Source: a virus. From it: DNA of 64,000 nt. The translations under genes and the position numbers were made by a program. The stretch lies in IMG/VR virus record IMGVR_UViG_3300031159_000072, positions 1 to 64,000 of that record; one strand, given 5' to 3'. The notes under the pieces are model-generated. The model ran no database searches and was not told the origin of the DNA. It saw only the letters and a list, made by a program, of their open reading frames with translations. Positions 8,287 to 17,422 of this stretch are shown here, one piece after another. Each line of letters starts with the position of its first letter. Within the stretch, counting starts at the first letter, position 1.

Positions 8287-10281
8287 TCACTTGAACGTCC
8301 GGTTCACGTACTCGTTGATGCGCGCCCGGTCCTGCTTCGTGGCCTTGGATAGGATCGTCATGTCGAGGGCGAACTCGACGGCGTCCTTCGGCTTCGGCGT
8401 CAGGGGCAGGAAGTGGACAACCGCCTCGGCCAGGGCGGCCAGGCCACGGGGGCTGACCGTCTGGCAGGTGTCACCCTGGATGAAGCCCTGGCGGACCTCG
8501 GTGGCGAAGTTGGTGATCTGCTCCGCCATGTCGGCGCTGAGCGCCGGCACCAGCTCCTGGAGCAGCTTCGCCTCTTCCTCCTTCTTGAGGTACTCGACCT
8601 CGATCCAGGTGGTGAAGCGGTCGAGCAGCGCCTGGCTCTGCGGGCGGGCGCCCTGGTAGGCGCCGAACTCGTCGCCCTGCCCCTGCGTGTTGGCCGTGGC
8701 CACGACCCGGAACATCGGGTTCGGCACGATCAGACGGCCGCCGTCCTCGGCCAGCAGCAGCCCCTTGTCCTCGAGCATGCGCTGGAAGACGTAGGCCACG
8801 TCTGGCCGGATGAAGTCGATCTCGTCGCAGAGCAAGAGGCAGGGCTGCTGCATGGCCTGCACGACGATGCCCTCGACGAACTCGGACTTGGTGACGCCGC
8901 TCTCGTTCTTGAGGACGTCACGGCCGAGCAGGTCCATCCGGGTGATCTCGCTGTCGAAGTTGATGCGGACCATCGGATAGGAAAGCCGGGCGCAGACCTG
9001 CTCGACGAGCGTCGACTTGCCGGTGCCGGTGTGGCCGTGCATCCAGACCTTCTTGTTGCGGGCGATGGCCCACAGCAGGGAGGCCAGCTTGCCGGGCTTG
9101 AACTTGTAGTTCTCGTCCTTGATCGGCACGAGCGGATGCGGGCCGTCCCACTCGAAGGTTGGCACGTCGAAGTCGAGCAGCTTCTGCTTCTTGCCGGTCG
9201 GCGCCGGGAAGACCTCGTTGGCGTTGCGCCAGACGACCTTGCCCGACGGGTAGGCGCCAGACGCGCTGGCCGTCACGGTCGTCGGCGTGGTTGGCACGGA
9301 CGCCAGCTTCCGGCGCAGCTCGTTGACCTCACGCTCCTTGACCGTGATGATCTCGCCCGACTTGGCCAGCGCATCGAAGAGCTGGTTGATGTCCGTCCAC
9401 TTGCCGGACGTGGCCTGCCCCAGCATGGCGTTGATGCCGACGGCGAAGCCCTTGTCGATCGTGATCCTTTCGGCGCTCGGAGCGGGGGCTTCGGTGGCGG
9501 TGGCGGCGTCGGCCATCTTGTAGGCTTCTCCGTAGGTCTCGGTGACGTACTTCATGATCCGCTGGGCGATCTCGCCAGACGGCTCTTCTGCGTCCTCCAG
9601 GTAGTCCGGGTCCTTGCCGCCCTCCTCACGCAGCTTCACGATGCCGGCAACGCTCTTGGTGTCGTCGCCCCAGGCGTTCCGGAACTGGTCGAGGACGGCC
9701 GCCTTGGCGGCCTTGATGTCGTCGGCGTCGATCTTCCCTTCGTGCCCTTCGGCGATACGCTGGCTCATGATGCTGCGCAGCATCTTGCGCACGAGGGCGT
9801 CGAAGCAGTCGGTGGCTTCCCCGGCGGAGGCGTCAGAGAGGTTGGGCTTCTCGATCATTGGTTCTGTTGTTGTGTGCGAGTTGATGTCGTCTACGATGCG
9901 GGCGACGCTTCCTGGCCCGAGCCTGTCGGGCCAACCAAAGGCGAAGCCGGACTTGCTTGATGCGTCGACGCGGCTAAATGCGGCCGGCGCTTTAATGGCC
10001 TTCAGGACATCGCCCCAGTTCACATGCTCAACGAGCAGTGCGAGCAGAACCTCCCAGGCCAGGGAGTCCCGCACGCCCGAGAACGTCGGCCGGACGTTGT
10101 GCTGGTTCGGGCCTGTGCCGCAGATGGGGCTCGCTTCCACGGCGGCCTTGATGTCGGCGGCGATGTTACGCTTGTTTGTCTTGAACTTCTCCGTCACCTG
10201 GCTCCTGAGCCAGGCGCGCTTCTCTTCCAGGCGGGACGAGAGCGCCCGCTTGGCTTCGGCGTAGTCGAGTTTGTAGGTCAT
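8287..10281 (-). CDS. AAA+ ATPase, CobS/MoxR-like (AAA_5), with a ~330-aa N-terminal extension
   Basis: Walker A HGHTGTGKST, Walker B LLLCDEIDF, sensor/arginine region ...VVATANTQG; partner of the downstream vWA gene. Confidence 0.75.
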   Translation of the reverse strand: MTYKLDYAEAKRALSSRLEEKRAWLRSQVTEKFKTNKRNIAADIKAAVEASPICGTGPNQHNVRPTFSGVRDSLAWEVLLALLVEHVNWGDVLKAIKAPAAFSRVDASSKSGFAFGWPDRLGPGSVARIVDDINSHTTTEPMIEKPNLSDASAGEATDCFDALVRKMLRSIMSQRIAEGHEGKIDADDIKAAKAAVLDQFRNAWGDDTKSVAGIVKLREEGGKDPDYLEDAEEPSGEIAQRIMKYVTETYGEAYKMADAATATEAPAPSAERITIDKGFAVGINAMLGQATSGKWTDINQLFDALAKSGEIITVKEREVNELRRKLASVPTTPTTVTASASGAYPSGKVVWRNANEVFPAPTGKKQKLLDFDVPTFEWDGPHPLVPIKDENYKFKPGKLASLLWAIARNKKVWMHGHTGTGKSTLVEQVCARLSYPMVRINFDSEITRMDLLGRDVLKNESGVTKSEFVEGIVVQAMQQPCLLLCDEIDFIRPDVAYVFQRMLEDKGLLLAEDGGRLIVPNPMFRVVATANTQGQGDEFGAYQGARPQSQALLDRFTTWIEVEYLKKEEEAKLLQELVPALSADMAEQITNFATEVRQGFIQGDTCQTVSPRGLAALAEAVVHFLPLTPKPKDAVEFALDMTILSKATKQDRARINEYVNRTFK

Positions 10282-10334
10282 TCGCCTCTCGTGGTGGTTG
10301 GGATGGGGCCGGGATTGGCCCGGCCCGAACCCCC

Positions 10335-10351
10335 AACCCCCTTCGGGGGTT
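10335..10351. repeat. GC tetraloop hairpin repeat AACCCCC-TTCG-GGGGGTT (copy 1), preceded by a second hairpin GGGCCGGG-ATTG-GCCCGGCCC
   Basis: Direct read; the motif recurs at 15913, 19478 and 19566. Confidence 0.6.
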
Positions 10352-10471
10352 ACTGCCTCCGCGCCTCAGAGAGTCGGCGCTGAATGCGTTGCCCGGTGGG
10401 AGACCTCCAGAAGGTCCGGCGCTGCCGGCGGTAGCGACGGATCTGCTTGTGCCGCGCTCGCTTGTTGGCCA

Positions 10472-10750
10472 TTACGCAACGTCTTTGTCCTTCCCGAAAG
10501 GCAGCACGTCCGGCTCTTCGGCCTCTTCCTTCGCCCCCTTCAGACTGTCCGGGTCGATGGCGATGGTGCGCACGCCGGGTATCCGGTTGAGCAGCGGCAT
10601 GAGCATCAGGAGGTTGTGGTTCAACTGGTTGTTCCAGTACCTCAAGGTGTTCGTGCGCCGCACCATCATGTGGTTGACGACGGCGAGCCAGACGGCGAGG
10701 CCGAGGATCAGGCCAAGGATGATGAAGTCGATGATGTTGAGGGTGTTCAT
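10472..10750 (-). CDS. small membrane protein
   Basis: 92 aa; N-terminal TM IIDFIILGLILGLAVWLAVV. Confidence 0.5.
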   Translation of the reverse strand: MNTLNIIDFIILGLILGLAVWLAVVNHMMVRRTNTLRYWNNQLNHNLLMLMPLLNRIPGVRTIAIDPDSLKGAKEEAEEPDVLPFGKDKDVA

Positions 10751-10765
10751 GGGTCGCCTCGTGGA

Positions 10766-11020
10766 TCAGGCTGCGTCTTTCTGGTTGTCTGGGCCGAAGT
10801 GCTTCCCGCCGATGACACGAAGAGCCGGCAGACCGTTGACCTCGGTCTCGACGACGCGCCCGCCGTCCATCTTGACGACGATGCGCAGGAGGTTGAGGAG
10901 CTTGGCCTCCTGATAGGCACAGGCTCTATTGATGAAGTCGATTTTCCTCTGCTGCCTGGCGAGCCAGACGAGCAGCACGATCAGTGCGATCGTCTGGATG
11001 ACCTCGATGTCGATATTCAT
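10766..11020 (-). CDS. small membrane protein
   Basis: 84 aa; TM IQTIALIVLLVWLA; same architecture as the upstream neighbour. Confidence 0.5.
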   Translation of the reverse strand: MNIDIEVIQTIALIVLLVWLARQQRKIDFINRACAYQEAKLLNLLRIVVKMDGGRVVETEVNGLPALRVIGGKHFGPDNQKDAA

Positions 11021-11074
11021 GCCGTCACCCCCGGCAAGGGTGGCCGGCAGGCGCCGGCCACCCGGTTGCGTGCG

Positions 11075-11920
11075 TCAGCGAATGTTCACGAAGGGCGTGG
11101 CGGAGCCAGGCAGCATGGTCGTCGGCAGCACGCCGTTCCAGCGCTCGGCAGCGATGAGCTGCACGAGGTCGGGGTTATCCCGCAGCGCCCTGCCGCGGGC
11201 GGCGATGGCTGCCGCCTCGGCTTCGCCCCGTGCCCTCGTGGCGTAGGCTTCAGCGTCGGCCGCCATCTTGGTGGCCGTGGCCCTGGCCTCCGCCTCGGCG
11301 ACCTGGCGCTGGGCGTTGACCTTCACCTGCTCCAGCTCCTGGCGGGCGCGTTTCACGTCCGCCTCGGCCTTGGCCGCCGCCTCGACGGCCGCTTCGTAGG
11401 CTTCGGAGAAGTCTATGTTCTCGATCTGGATCGACTCGATCCGGACCCAGTCGTTTGACATGCCGGAGCGCACGGCCTCGAGCACGTCGGTGCCGAGCTG
11501 CTCACGCTTGGCCACCACGTCTGCGGCGGTGTAGTCGCCGAAGACTTCCTTGACCCTCTTGTAGACGACGGGGATCACGAGCTTCTCGGCGTAGTCGACG
11601 CCGACCGTGCTGTAGACGTCGAGCACATGAGCCGGGTTGAGCGAATAGTTCACCGTGATCCGGCTCGTCGCCTGCTGGATGTCCCTCGAATAGGAGACCA
11701 CATCGGGGAACTCTGCCTTCTGCGTCTGGATGCTCATGTCCCGGACGCTGTCGATGATCGGCAGTTTGAAGCCGAGGCCAGGCTCGGCGATACCGATGAC
11801 GGCGCCGTTGCGGGTGATGACGCCTCGATGCCCCTCCGGCACCGTGTACCAGGAGCCGAAGAGAATGGAGAGGCCGAGCAGGCCGGCGATGCCGGCGACG
11901 ATGAGAGATACGATACGCAT
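11075..11920 (-). CDS. SPFH/band-7 (prohibitin/HflK-C-like) membrane protein
   Basis: N-terminal TM; PHB domain (GHRGVITRNGAV..., IENIDFSEAYEAAVEAAAKAE...) with an Ala/Glu-rich coiled-coil tail. Confidence 0.8.
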   Translation of the reverse strand: MRIVSLIVAGIAGLLGLSILFGSWYTVPEGHRGVITRNGAVIGIAEPGLGFKLPIIDSVRDMSIQTQKAEFPDVVSYSRDIQQATSRITVNYSLNPAHVLDVYSTVGVDYAEKLVIPVVYKRVKEVFGDYTAADVVAKREQLGTDVLEAVRSGMSNDWVRIESIQIENIDFSEAYEAAVEAAAKAEADVKRARQELEQVKVNAQRQVAEAEARATATKMAADAEAYATRARGEAEAAAIAARGRALRDNPDLVQLIAAERWNGVLPTTMLPGSATPFVNIR

Positions 11921-11923
11921 GGG

Positions 11924-12052
11924 TCAGTTGCCCTTGTTACGTCGAGTGCTTCTGGTGCGGTCGGCCCCGTCGATCCACATCAGGATCTTGTAGAGGCCGA
12001 ACGCCAAGACGGCGGCGACAACGAGACCGCCGATGATTGCGAGCGCGATCAT
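11924..12052 (-). CDS. small single-TM protein (may extend to 12205)
   Basis: MIALAIIGGLVVAAVLAFGLYKILMW...; immediately upstream of the SPFH gene (NfeD-like position). Confidence 0.35.
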   Translation of the reverse strand: MIALAIIGGLVVAAVLAFGLYKILMWIDGADRTRSTRRNKGN

Positions 12053-12113
12053 GCTTGGCTTGTGCGTTGGCTGCGTGGCTTCCGCCTGTACGAGCCCTTG
12101 CCCTTGCGCGGCT

Positions 12114-12416
12114 TCACGCGCTTGGGCTTGAGGGCTCGGAGGGCTTTGGCGATGGGGTTTCGTGGTTTCCGCATTCGACGGGTTCGCATATGATCCTCCC
12201 GTCACGATCCAGACGTGGCGTCAGGCCACTGAATGCGTCGGCCCGGACGTAGTGAACGCCGGTGCGCCGATCGACGTAGAGCAGTAGACCGGAGCGTTTT
12301 TTGGGGCCGTCTGTATCGTCCCTTCCGAATAACCCGCACTCACTGCTGGCTGTGGCAATGATCCGGCACAGCAGGTAGCCGGTCACGATGCCGAGCGCGA
12401 TTGTCATTGCACTCAT
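12114..12416 (-). CDS. hypothetical membrane-anchored protein
   Basis: 100 aa; N-terminal hydrophobic segment IALGIVTGYLLCRIIATASS. Confidence 0.4.
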   Translation of the reverse strand: MSAMTIALGIVTGYLLCRIIATASSECGLFGRDDTDGPKKRSGLLLYVDRRTGVHYVRADAFSGLTPRLDRDGRIICEPVECGNHETPSPKPSEPSSPSA

Positions 12417-12469
12417 GACTCGTCTTCCGTAGGGCGGGGCCGCAGCCCCGCCCGGTCAACGTGCTTCCG

Positions 12470-14167
12470 TTACGCCGCCAGGTCCTCTTGGAACTGCTTG
12501 GCGACGAGCACCGTCCGCTCAATGTGGCTGGCGTCGACGGGCTTGCCCTCGGACTTGGCGAGCGACTGAGCCAGACGGACGGTCGTCTTGATCTGCCGGC
12601 CGTTGATCTCGAAGCGGGCCAGCGCCTTCGGGTCGAGGCCGGTTACGCCGGCGGCGCTGAGCAGGTTGCGCCAGACGGCTTCCCGGTGGGACTCATCGAG
12701 CGGCGGGTACTTGAGGGCGATCGAGATGCGGCTGTGGAACGCCTGGTCGAAGTTCCTGACCCGGTTCGTGGTCAGGAACATGACGCCCTGGTGGTATTCC
12801 AGCAGACGCAGGAAGACGCCGACCATGGCGTTGCGCGTGATGTCGTGCTCGTCACGGGCCTCCAGGAAGATGTCGGCTTCGTCGAGGAGGACCACGGCGT
12901 TCCAGATCTGCGCCATGTCGAGGATCTGGCGCAGGCGATCCTCGAGTTCGTCGGGGCGTGTGCCCAGCTCGCCAACCGACACGCTGTAGAGTGGGCGGTG
13001 CAGCATCTCGGCGACGGCCTCGGCGGTCAGCGTCTTGCCGGTGCCGGGCGTGCCGTGCAGCAGGAAGATGCAGCCGCCGCCCTTGCCCTCGATGACGTCG
13101 GTGAAGGTGCGGCCGGCGTTCTGCACGAGGGCAAGGATCAGGCTCTTCTTGTCGGGGTCGAGGACGAGCGTGTCGAAGGCAGCGTCGTTGAACTCGATGG
13201 GCCGCAGGTGCTCGACGCGCATCTCACCCCACTTCTTGCAGGCGAAGCTGAAACCGTGGACGAACGGCCACGTCCGCCAGAGCTGGCTGTCCGGCAGCTC
13301 CTCAAAGGGGTCGCCAGACGAGTCGTCGTCGTCGAAGTACGAGCGGTCCCGGAAGTACTGGTCGTCGATCCGCTTCATGCTGTTGAGGTCGACCATGACC
13401 CGGCCCTCGGCGCGGAATGTCTGCGTCGACCACCAGTTCTTGCGGATCAGGTGCCCCGAGTAGTGGAGGTAGTTGGCGCCGATGGCGACGTCTCGGAAGA
13501 TGCGCCCGCGCTTGGTGAGGGTCTCACGATCGGCGTCGCTGAGCGGCCGGACGGGCAGCTCGTCGAACCTCACGGTGCCCTTGAACCAACTGATGCGGAA
13601 GTCGTGCTTCCGGTGGATGAACTTTGAGCCGTTCGTGTCGACGACGGTGATGATGATGTTGAAGTAGCGTCCGAACCACGAAGTGCCGTACTCTGCGATC
13701 TCGACCTCGCCGCCGACCAGGGTGTCCCGGTGTGGCCCAACGATCTTTTGCCCCTTCTGGAAGACGTACCAGAGGAAGTCGAAGGTGATAGCACCGTCGG
13801 CGATCATGGCGTCGATGGTGGCCTGTGTATCGGCGAAGCGCTTTTCCAGCTCGGCGAGGAGGCGGCGGAGGCTGTCGAAGTCGCGGTCGCGTTTCGTTGT
13901 CTCAGCGTACTGACGCATGGAGACGATGTGCCGGAAAAGGCTTTGCACCGGCGCCCGAGGGGCGTCTTGATACCAAACCCCATCCCGGTCCGCGTTCCTC
14001 AGCCATGATCTGGTGTAGACGTCGGTCACGACGACGTACTCGATCGTGTCGATGACCTTGCCGTCCCTGTCCTTCAGCTCCTCGGTCTCGAAGCGGAAGC
14101 CCATCTTCTTCGCGGCGTCATTCGTGGCCGTGGCGACGGTCCCGTCTGCGAGCTGCGCAACGTTCAT
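12470..14167 (-). CDS. AAA ATPase (classical clade) with an unrecognised ~330-aa N-terminal domain
   Basis: C-terminal half has Walker A LLHGTPGTGKT, Walker B VVLLDEADIF, sensor-1 FLTTNR, SRH arginine FDQAFHSR. Confidence 0.75.
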   Translation of the reverse strand: MNVAQLADGTVATATNDAAKKMGFRFETEELKDRDGKVIDTIEYVVVTDVYTRSWLRNADRDGVWYQDAPRAPVQSLFRHIVSMRQYAETTKRDRDFDSLRRLLAELEKRFADTQATIDAMIADGAITFDFLWYVFQKGQKIVGPHRDTLVGGEVEIAEYGTSWFGRYFNIIITVVDTNGSKFIHRKHDFRISWFKGTVRFDELPVRPLSDADRETLTKRGRIFRDVAIGANYLHYSGHLIRKNWWSTQTFRAEGRVMVDLNSMKRIDDQYFRDRSYFDDDDSSGDPFEELPDSQLWRTWPFVHGFSFACKKWGEMRVEHLRPIEFNDAAFDTLVLDPDKKSLILALVQNAGRTFTDVIEGKGGGCIFLLHGTPGTGKTLTAEAVAEMLHRPLYSVSVGELGTRPDELEDRLRQILDMAQIWNAVVLLDEADIFLEARDEHDITRNAMVGVFLRLLEYHQGVMFLTTNRVRNFDQAFHSRISIALKYPPLDESHREAVWRNLLSAAGVTGLDPKALARFEINGRQIKTTVRLAQSLAKSEGKPVDASHIERTVLVAKQFQEDLAA

Positions 14168-14187
14168 GTTCTGCTGTCCTCGTCTGG

Positions 14188-14721
14188 TTACATGCGGATG
14201 GTCTGGGCCGGCACGTCGACGACGGCGCTGGCCGACCCGTAGGCGTTAAGGCTGTCGAGGGCCTCCTGGATCTGGTCGATCGCGTCTGTCAGGGTGAGGT
14301 CCGAGAACCCGTCATGTTCGAGCTTGAACTCCGCCGTGATCGTGCAGCGGACCATGTTGGGGTCGGAGCGCTTCTCTTTGGGCGCGGTCTCCGTGGCGGA
14401 AGCGCCCTGTGCGAAGTCACGCTCGAAAGCCGATCGAAGGTTGACGGCGACCTCGTAGTGGGGGCCGCCCTTGGGGTAATAGCTGCAAGCCAGGCTGCAA
14501 GCGTGCAGCAGAACCTCTCGTTCGATTTGGCTGAACGCGCGCGTTACCTCGACGAGCCCAGGCTTGAGAGCCTGCTCTTTCATTTTCCGCTCCGCGTCGT
14601 ACTTTGCCCGTTGCTTAGCGGCGTGCTCCATCACGTCCGCCGGAGACGGCTTCTCCTCGCCCCTCAGCGCCTTGCTGGCAGTCTTGGCCAGCGGGTCGGC
14701 GGTCTTTTTCTGTCGTGCCAT
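14188..14721 (-). CDS. hypothetical protein (177 aa)
   Basis: Lys/Ala-rich N-terminus; co-directional with, and 20 nt upstream of, the AAA gene. Confidence 0.5.
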   Translation of the reverse strand: MARQKKTADPLAKTASKALRGEEKPSPADVMEHAAKQRAKYDAERKMKEQALKPGLVEVTRAFSQIEREVLLHACSLACSYYPKGGPHYEVAVNLRSAFERDFAQGASATETAPKEKRSDPNMVRCTITAEFKLEHDGFSDLTLTDAIDQIQEALDSLNAYGSASAVVDVPAQTIRM

Positions 14722-14733
14722 GTGCGGTCTCCG

Positions 14734-14940
14734 TCAGTCCTTCGCTGCGATCCACGCCGCCATGCCCAGCAGGGCGCCAAGGACGATGCACATGGTCGCC
14801 ATCGGGCCGATCACGTCCGCCATCAGGATGGTGACGGTCGGCGCCAGAGCGGCGGCGGCGGTGAAGGCGATGCGTCGCAGCAGCTTGTTGCTGGTGCCGT
14901 AGATGCCTAATGCTCGGGACATCCAGTTCGGCAGTTTCAT
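14734..14940 (-). CDS. small two-TM membrane protein
   Basis: 68 aa, two hydrophobic helices. Confidence 0.45.
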   Translation of the reverse strand: MKLPNWMSRALGIYGTSNKLLRRIAFTAAAALAPTVTILMADVIGPMATMCIVLGALLGMAAWIAAKD

Positions 14941-14967
14941 GTGCGGTCTCCGTCTGGTCGGGCGAGA

Positions 14968-15858
14968 TCAGGCGGCTTTCGCTGGGATGGCAACGCCACG
15001 GGCCTTCATGTTGGCCTCGATGAGATTGCGGACGTCTTCGGTCAGGGTCGAAGGCAGCATCACCGGCGCAACCGACTCCGGGAAAAGCTGTCGCTCGACA
15101 TCCTTGGCTTCCGGCCACATTTCGCACAGCTCCTCATAGGAGGTGGCGTTGCGGATCATGGTCAGAACGCCCTGCACCATGAGCATCTTCTTGTGCCAAC
15201 GGTCATGGCCGACGCGGTACATCTGCTCGACCAATTGCTGCGTCTTGGCCTTGAAGATGCTCGCTTCGTCGGCGAGGCGATCGACCGTGTAAGTCGTCTT
15301 GTCTGGACGCTGCCGCTTGACCCCTTCGGTGTGGAGCCAGACGGCCTCCGGATTGTCGGCGCCGCTGCTAAGGTGATACAGCGTCCTGCACAGGCAGGCC
15401 GGAGTTGCGGTGGCCGGAATGGCCAGAGCGCCCCTCTGGTAAGGGGCGACGCTTGACCGAAACAACCCACGCTCCCGCAGGTGCTGGCAGTTCATGCGCG
15501 TGATGGTCTGCTGGTTGCCGTCCCAGTTGCGGGCGCCGCCCCGATCCTCGATTGGCGTGACTTCGGGCTTGGTCAACGTGGCAGGTAGGCGGGCCACGAT
15601 GACGCGATCTTCAGTCCGGTCGTAGATCCGGAACTCGCTAGGCATAAAGAGGTACGTTGCCTCTTTGGCCAGTCCGAAGCGTTTGAGCGCCTTGATCTCG
15701 GAGGCGGGGATGGCGGTCAGGTCAGCAACGATCGCCTGAACGGCGGCGTCGATGGCTGGCTGCTCCTTTGCTGCCAAAGCCGCATCATCGAACCGCTCGG
15801 CCGCAAGGTTGGCGAGAATGGCGCGATGCGCGTTGTTCAGCTTTCGGATCTTGGTCAT
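14968..15858 (-). CDS. hypothetical phage protein (296 aa)
   Basis: Long ORF with balanced composition. Confidence 0.55.
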   Translation of the reverse strand: MTKIRKLNNAHRAILANLAAERFDDAALAAKEQPAIDAAVQAIVADLTAIPASEIKALKRFGLAKEATYLFMPSEFRIYDRTEDRVIVARLPATLTKPEVTPIEDRGGARNWDGNQQTITRMNCQHLRERGLFRSSVAPYQRGALAIPATATPACLCRTLYHLSSGADNPEAVWLHTEGVKRQRPDKTTYTVDRLADEASIFKAKTQQLVEQMYRVGHDRWHKKMLMVQGVLTMIRNATSYEELCEMWPEAKDVERQLFPESVAPVMLPSTLTEDVRNLIEANMKARGVAIPAKAA

Positions 15859-15912
15859 GCACGTTCCTTTCTCGTCTGGTCGGGGCCGGGGTTGGCCCTT
15901 CGGCCAAACCCC

Positions 15913-15929
15913 AAACCCCTTCGGGGTTT
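15913..15929. repeat. tetraloop hairpin repeat AAACCCC-TTCG-GGGGTTT (copy 2), adjacent to TGGCC-CTTCG-GCCA
   Basis: Direct read in the intergenic region 15859-15950. Confidence 0.6.
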
Positions 15930-15950
15930 ATTGCGTCTGTGCGTCTGGCC

Positions 15951-16355
15951 TCAGTTCCAGGGTGCCTCGCCGGCGTTCTCTCCCAGACGCTCGGCGGCGA
16001 TCTTGCAGAGCGCCATGCCGGCGAGCTGGTTGGAGAAGGGCGTCCAGGTGGCGTCCGAACCCCAGGCTTCATGGGTGGCCGCGGCGACGGCCCGCCACGA
16101 GTAGCCTTCGTCGACGCGCAGCCGGCGGATTTCGACGGCACGCTCGTCGGTCATTCGGGGTGCGATCTCTTCGCTGAAGTGGCGGTATGTCTCCTGCGCG
16201 GCCATGGCGAGGGCCATGAGCTGCTCGGCGCTGGTGATGGTCACGGTCGAAGACGGGTCCGGGTTGAGCACGGCCTCGTCGGTCTCGGTGACGACGCTTC
16301 CTTCGATGCGCTTGAGGGCGGCATCGCAAGTGATGACGGTTGGCTTTTCGGTCAT
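15951..16355 (-). CDS. hypothetical protein (134 aa, from MTEKPTVITCD...)
   Basis: Upstream part of the long ORF is Arg-rich artefact; ATGA-coupled to the next gene. Confidence 0.5.
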   Translation of the reverse strand: MTEKPTVITCDAALKRIEGSVVTETDEAVLNPDPSSTVTITSAEQLMALAMAAQETYRHFSEEIAPRMTDERAVEIRRLRVDEGYSWRAVAAATHEAWGSDATWTPFSNQLAGMALCKIAAERLGENAGEAPWN

Positions 16356-16798
16356 AGCCCCAGCACCTTGTGCGCGAGCCAGAGCGTGGGCTCGAAGAGG
16401 CCGACCCAATGCCAGAGGTCGAGGACGTTCTCCGCGTCGAAGATGCCGAAGGAGATCGCAAAGACGGTGAAACCGCCGAGCAGCCAAAAGAGGCCCATGA
16501 AGAGCGCGGCGGGGACTTTGTCTTCGGCGTCCGCGATTACCTTGTCCTCGATCATGCCCCGCCACACCGTGCGGGTCAGACGGACCCCAAGTTTGATGGC
16601 GGTGATGAGGATCAGCATGCCGATGGCGCCTCTGACCAGGCCGCCGGCCGCTTCGACGCGCGCCACGGCCAACACCGCATCTGCCACGTCTGGCCCGTAC
16701 TCCCTCGCCGCTTCCGCCATCTTGTCCGCCAGCGCCAGCAGGCGCTCGTTCCAGGCAGAGAGGATTTCCGAGGTCGTCTGCTGAACCTGCTCACTCAT
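16352..16798 (-). CDS. membrane protein (148 aa, 3 TM)
   Basis: Hydrophobic segments GMLILITAIKLGV and LFMGLFWLLGGFTVFAISFGIF. Confidence 0.5.
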   Translation of the reverse strand: MSEQVQQTTSEILSAWNERLLALADKMAEAAREYGPDVADAVLAVARVEAAGGLVRGAIGMLILITAIKLGVRLTRTVWRGMIEDKVIADAEDKVPAALFMGLFWLLGGFTVFAISFGIFDAENVLDLWHWVGLFEPTLWLAHKVLGL

Positions 16799-17091
16799 GC
16801 GACTTCTCCGAAACGGTCCGCACGTTTCAGGGCGGTGAGGGTGGTGCCGAGAATGCGGCGCCTCTCCGCCGGGGATTGCTTCAGCTCAGGCACGGTGACG
16901 CCCGCCTTCTTGAGGACGAGTGGCGACAGCGCCTGAAGCGCGTCGAGGGCGCACCGATCCCATGGGAACCGGCGCAGGTGGCGCGCCAGCTTGCGCGCCT
17001 TGTTGATCTCCCGCTGGCCGCGGAGCCGGTAGGCTTCGCACCACTTGCTGTTGCGGCCCTGCTTCTTGGACTTGCCCTTGCCACCTGCCAT
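16795..17091 (-). CDS. small basic protein (98 aa)
   Basis: MAGGKGKSKKQGRNSKW..., Lys/Arg-rich; ATGA-coupled. Confidence 0.45.
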   Translation of the reverse strand: MAGGKGKSKKQGRNSKWCEAYRLRGQREINKARKLARHLRRFPWDRCALDALQALSPLVLKKAGVTVPELKQSPAERRRILGTTLTALKRADRFGEVA

Positions 17092-17222
17092 CAGGCTTCT
17101 CCTTCATACGGCTCGTCTCTGTTGCACATCGGGCATGGGACGACCGGCCCGTTGTTCGGCATCTCGATCCAGCCGGGCTCGGGTTCGTCTTCACAGTAGG
17201 CGCACGGCTTTCTGTCGCTCAT
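17091..17222 (-). CDS. 43-aa zinc-ribbon protein (not in the supplied ORF track)
   Basis: MSDRKPCAYCEDEPEPGWIEMPNNGPVVPCPMCNRDEPYEGEA; CxxC...CxxC; overlaps both neighbours by ATGA/TGATG. Confidence 0.4.
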   Translation of the reverse strand: MSDRKPCAYCEDEPEPGWIEMPNNGPVVPCPMCNRDEPYEGEA

Positions 17223-17422
17223 GACGCCTTCATGGAGTATTCGGCGATGCGCTTCCCGGTCCGCGTCTTGATTGTCCGAGTCTGGACGGCGTAGCCCTGC
17301 TCGCGCAGCTCGTGGATGCGCGCGGCAAGCCGCGTGCAGCCGAAGCGCGAGATGGCGTCGAGCTGGGTCAGTCGCTCGCCGCCCCGGAGGGCGGCGAGGA
17401 TCACTTCGGTCTGGCTGGTCAT
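17219..17422 (-). CDS. small winged-HTH-like DNA-binding protein (67 aa)
   Basis: MTSQTEVILAALRGGERLTQLDAISRFGCTRLAARIHELREQGYAVQT...; the rest of the long ORF is Ser/Arg/Pro artefact. Confidence 0.5.
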   Translation of the reverse strand: MTSQTEVILAALRGGERLTQLDAISRFGCTRLAARIHELREQGYAVQTRTIKTRTGKRIAEYSMKAS

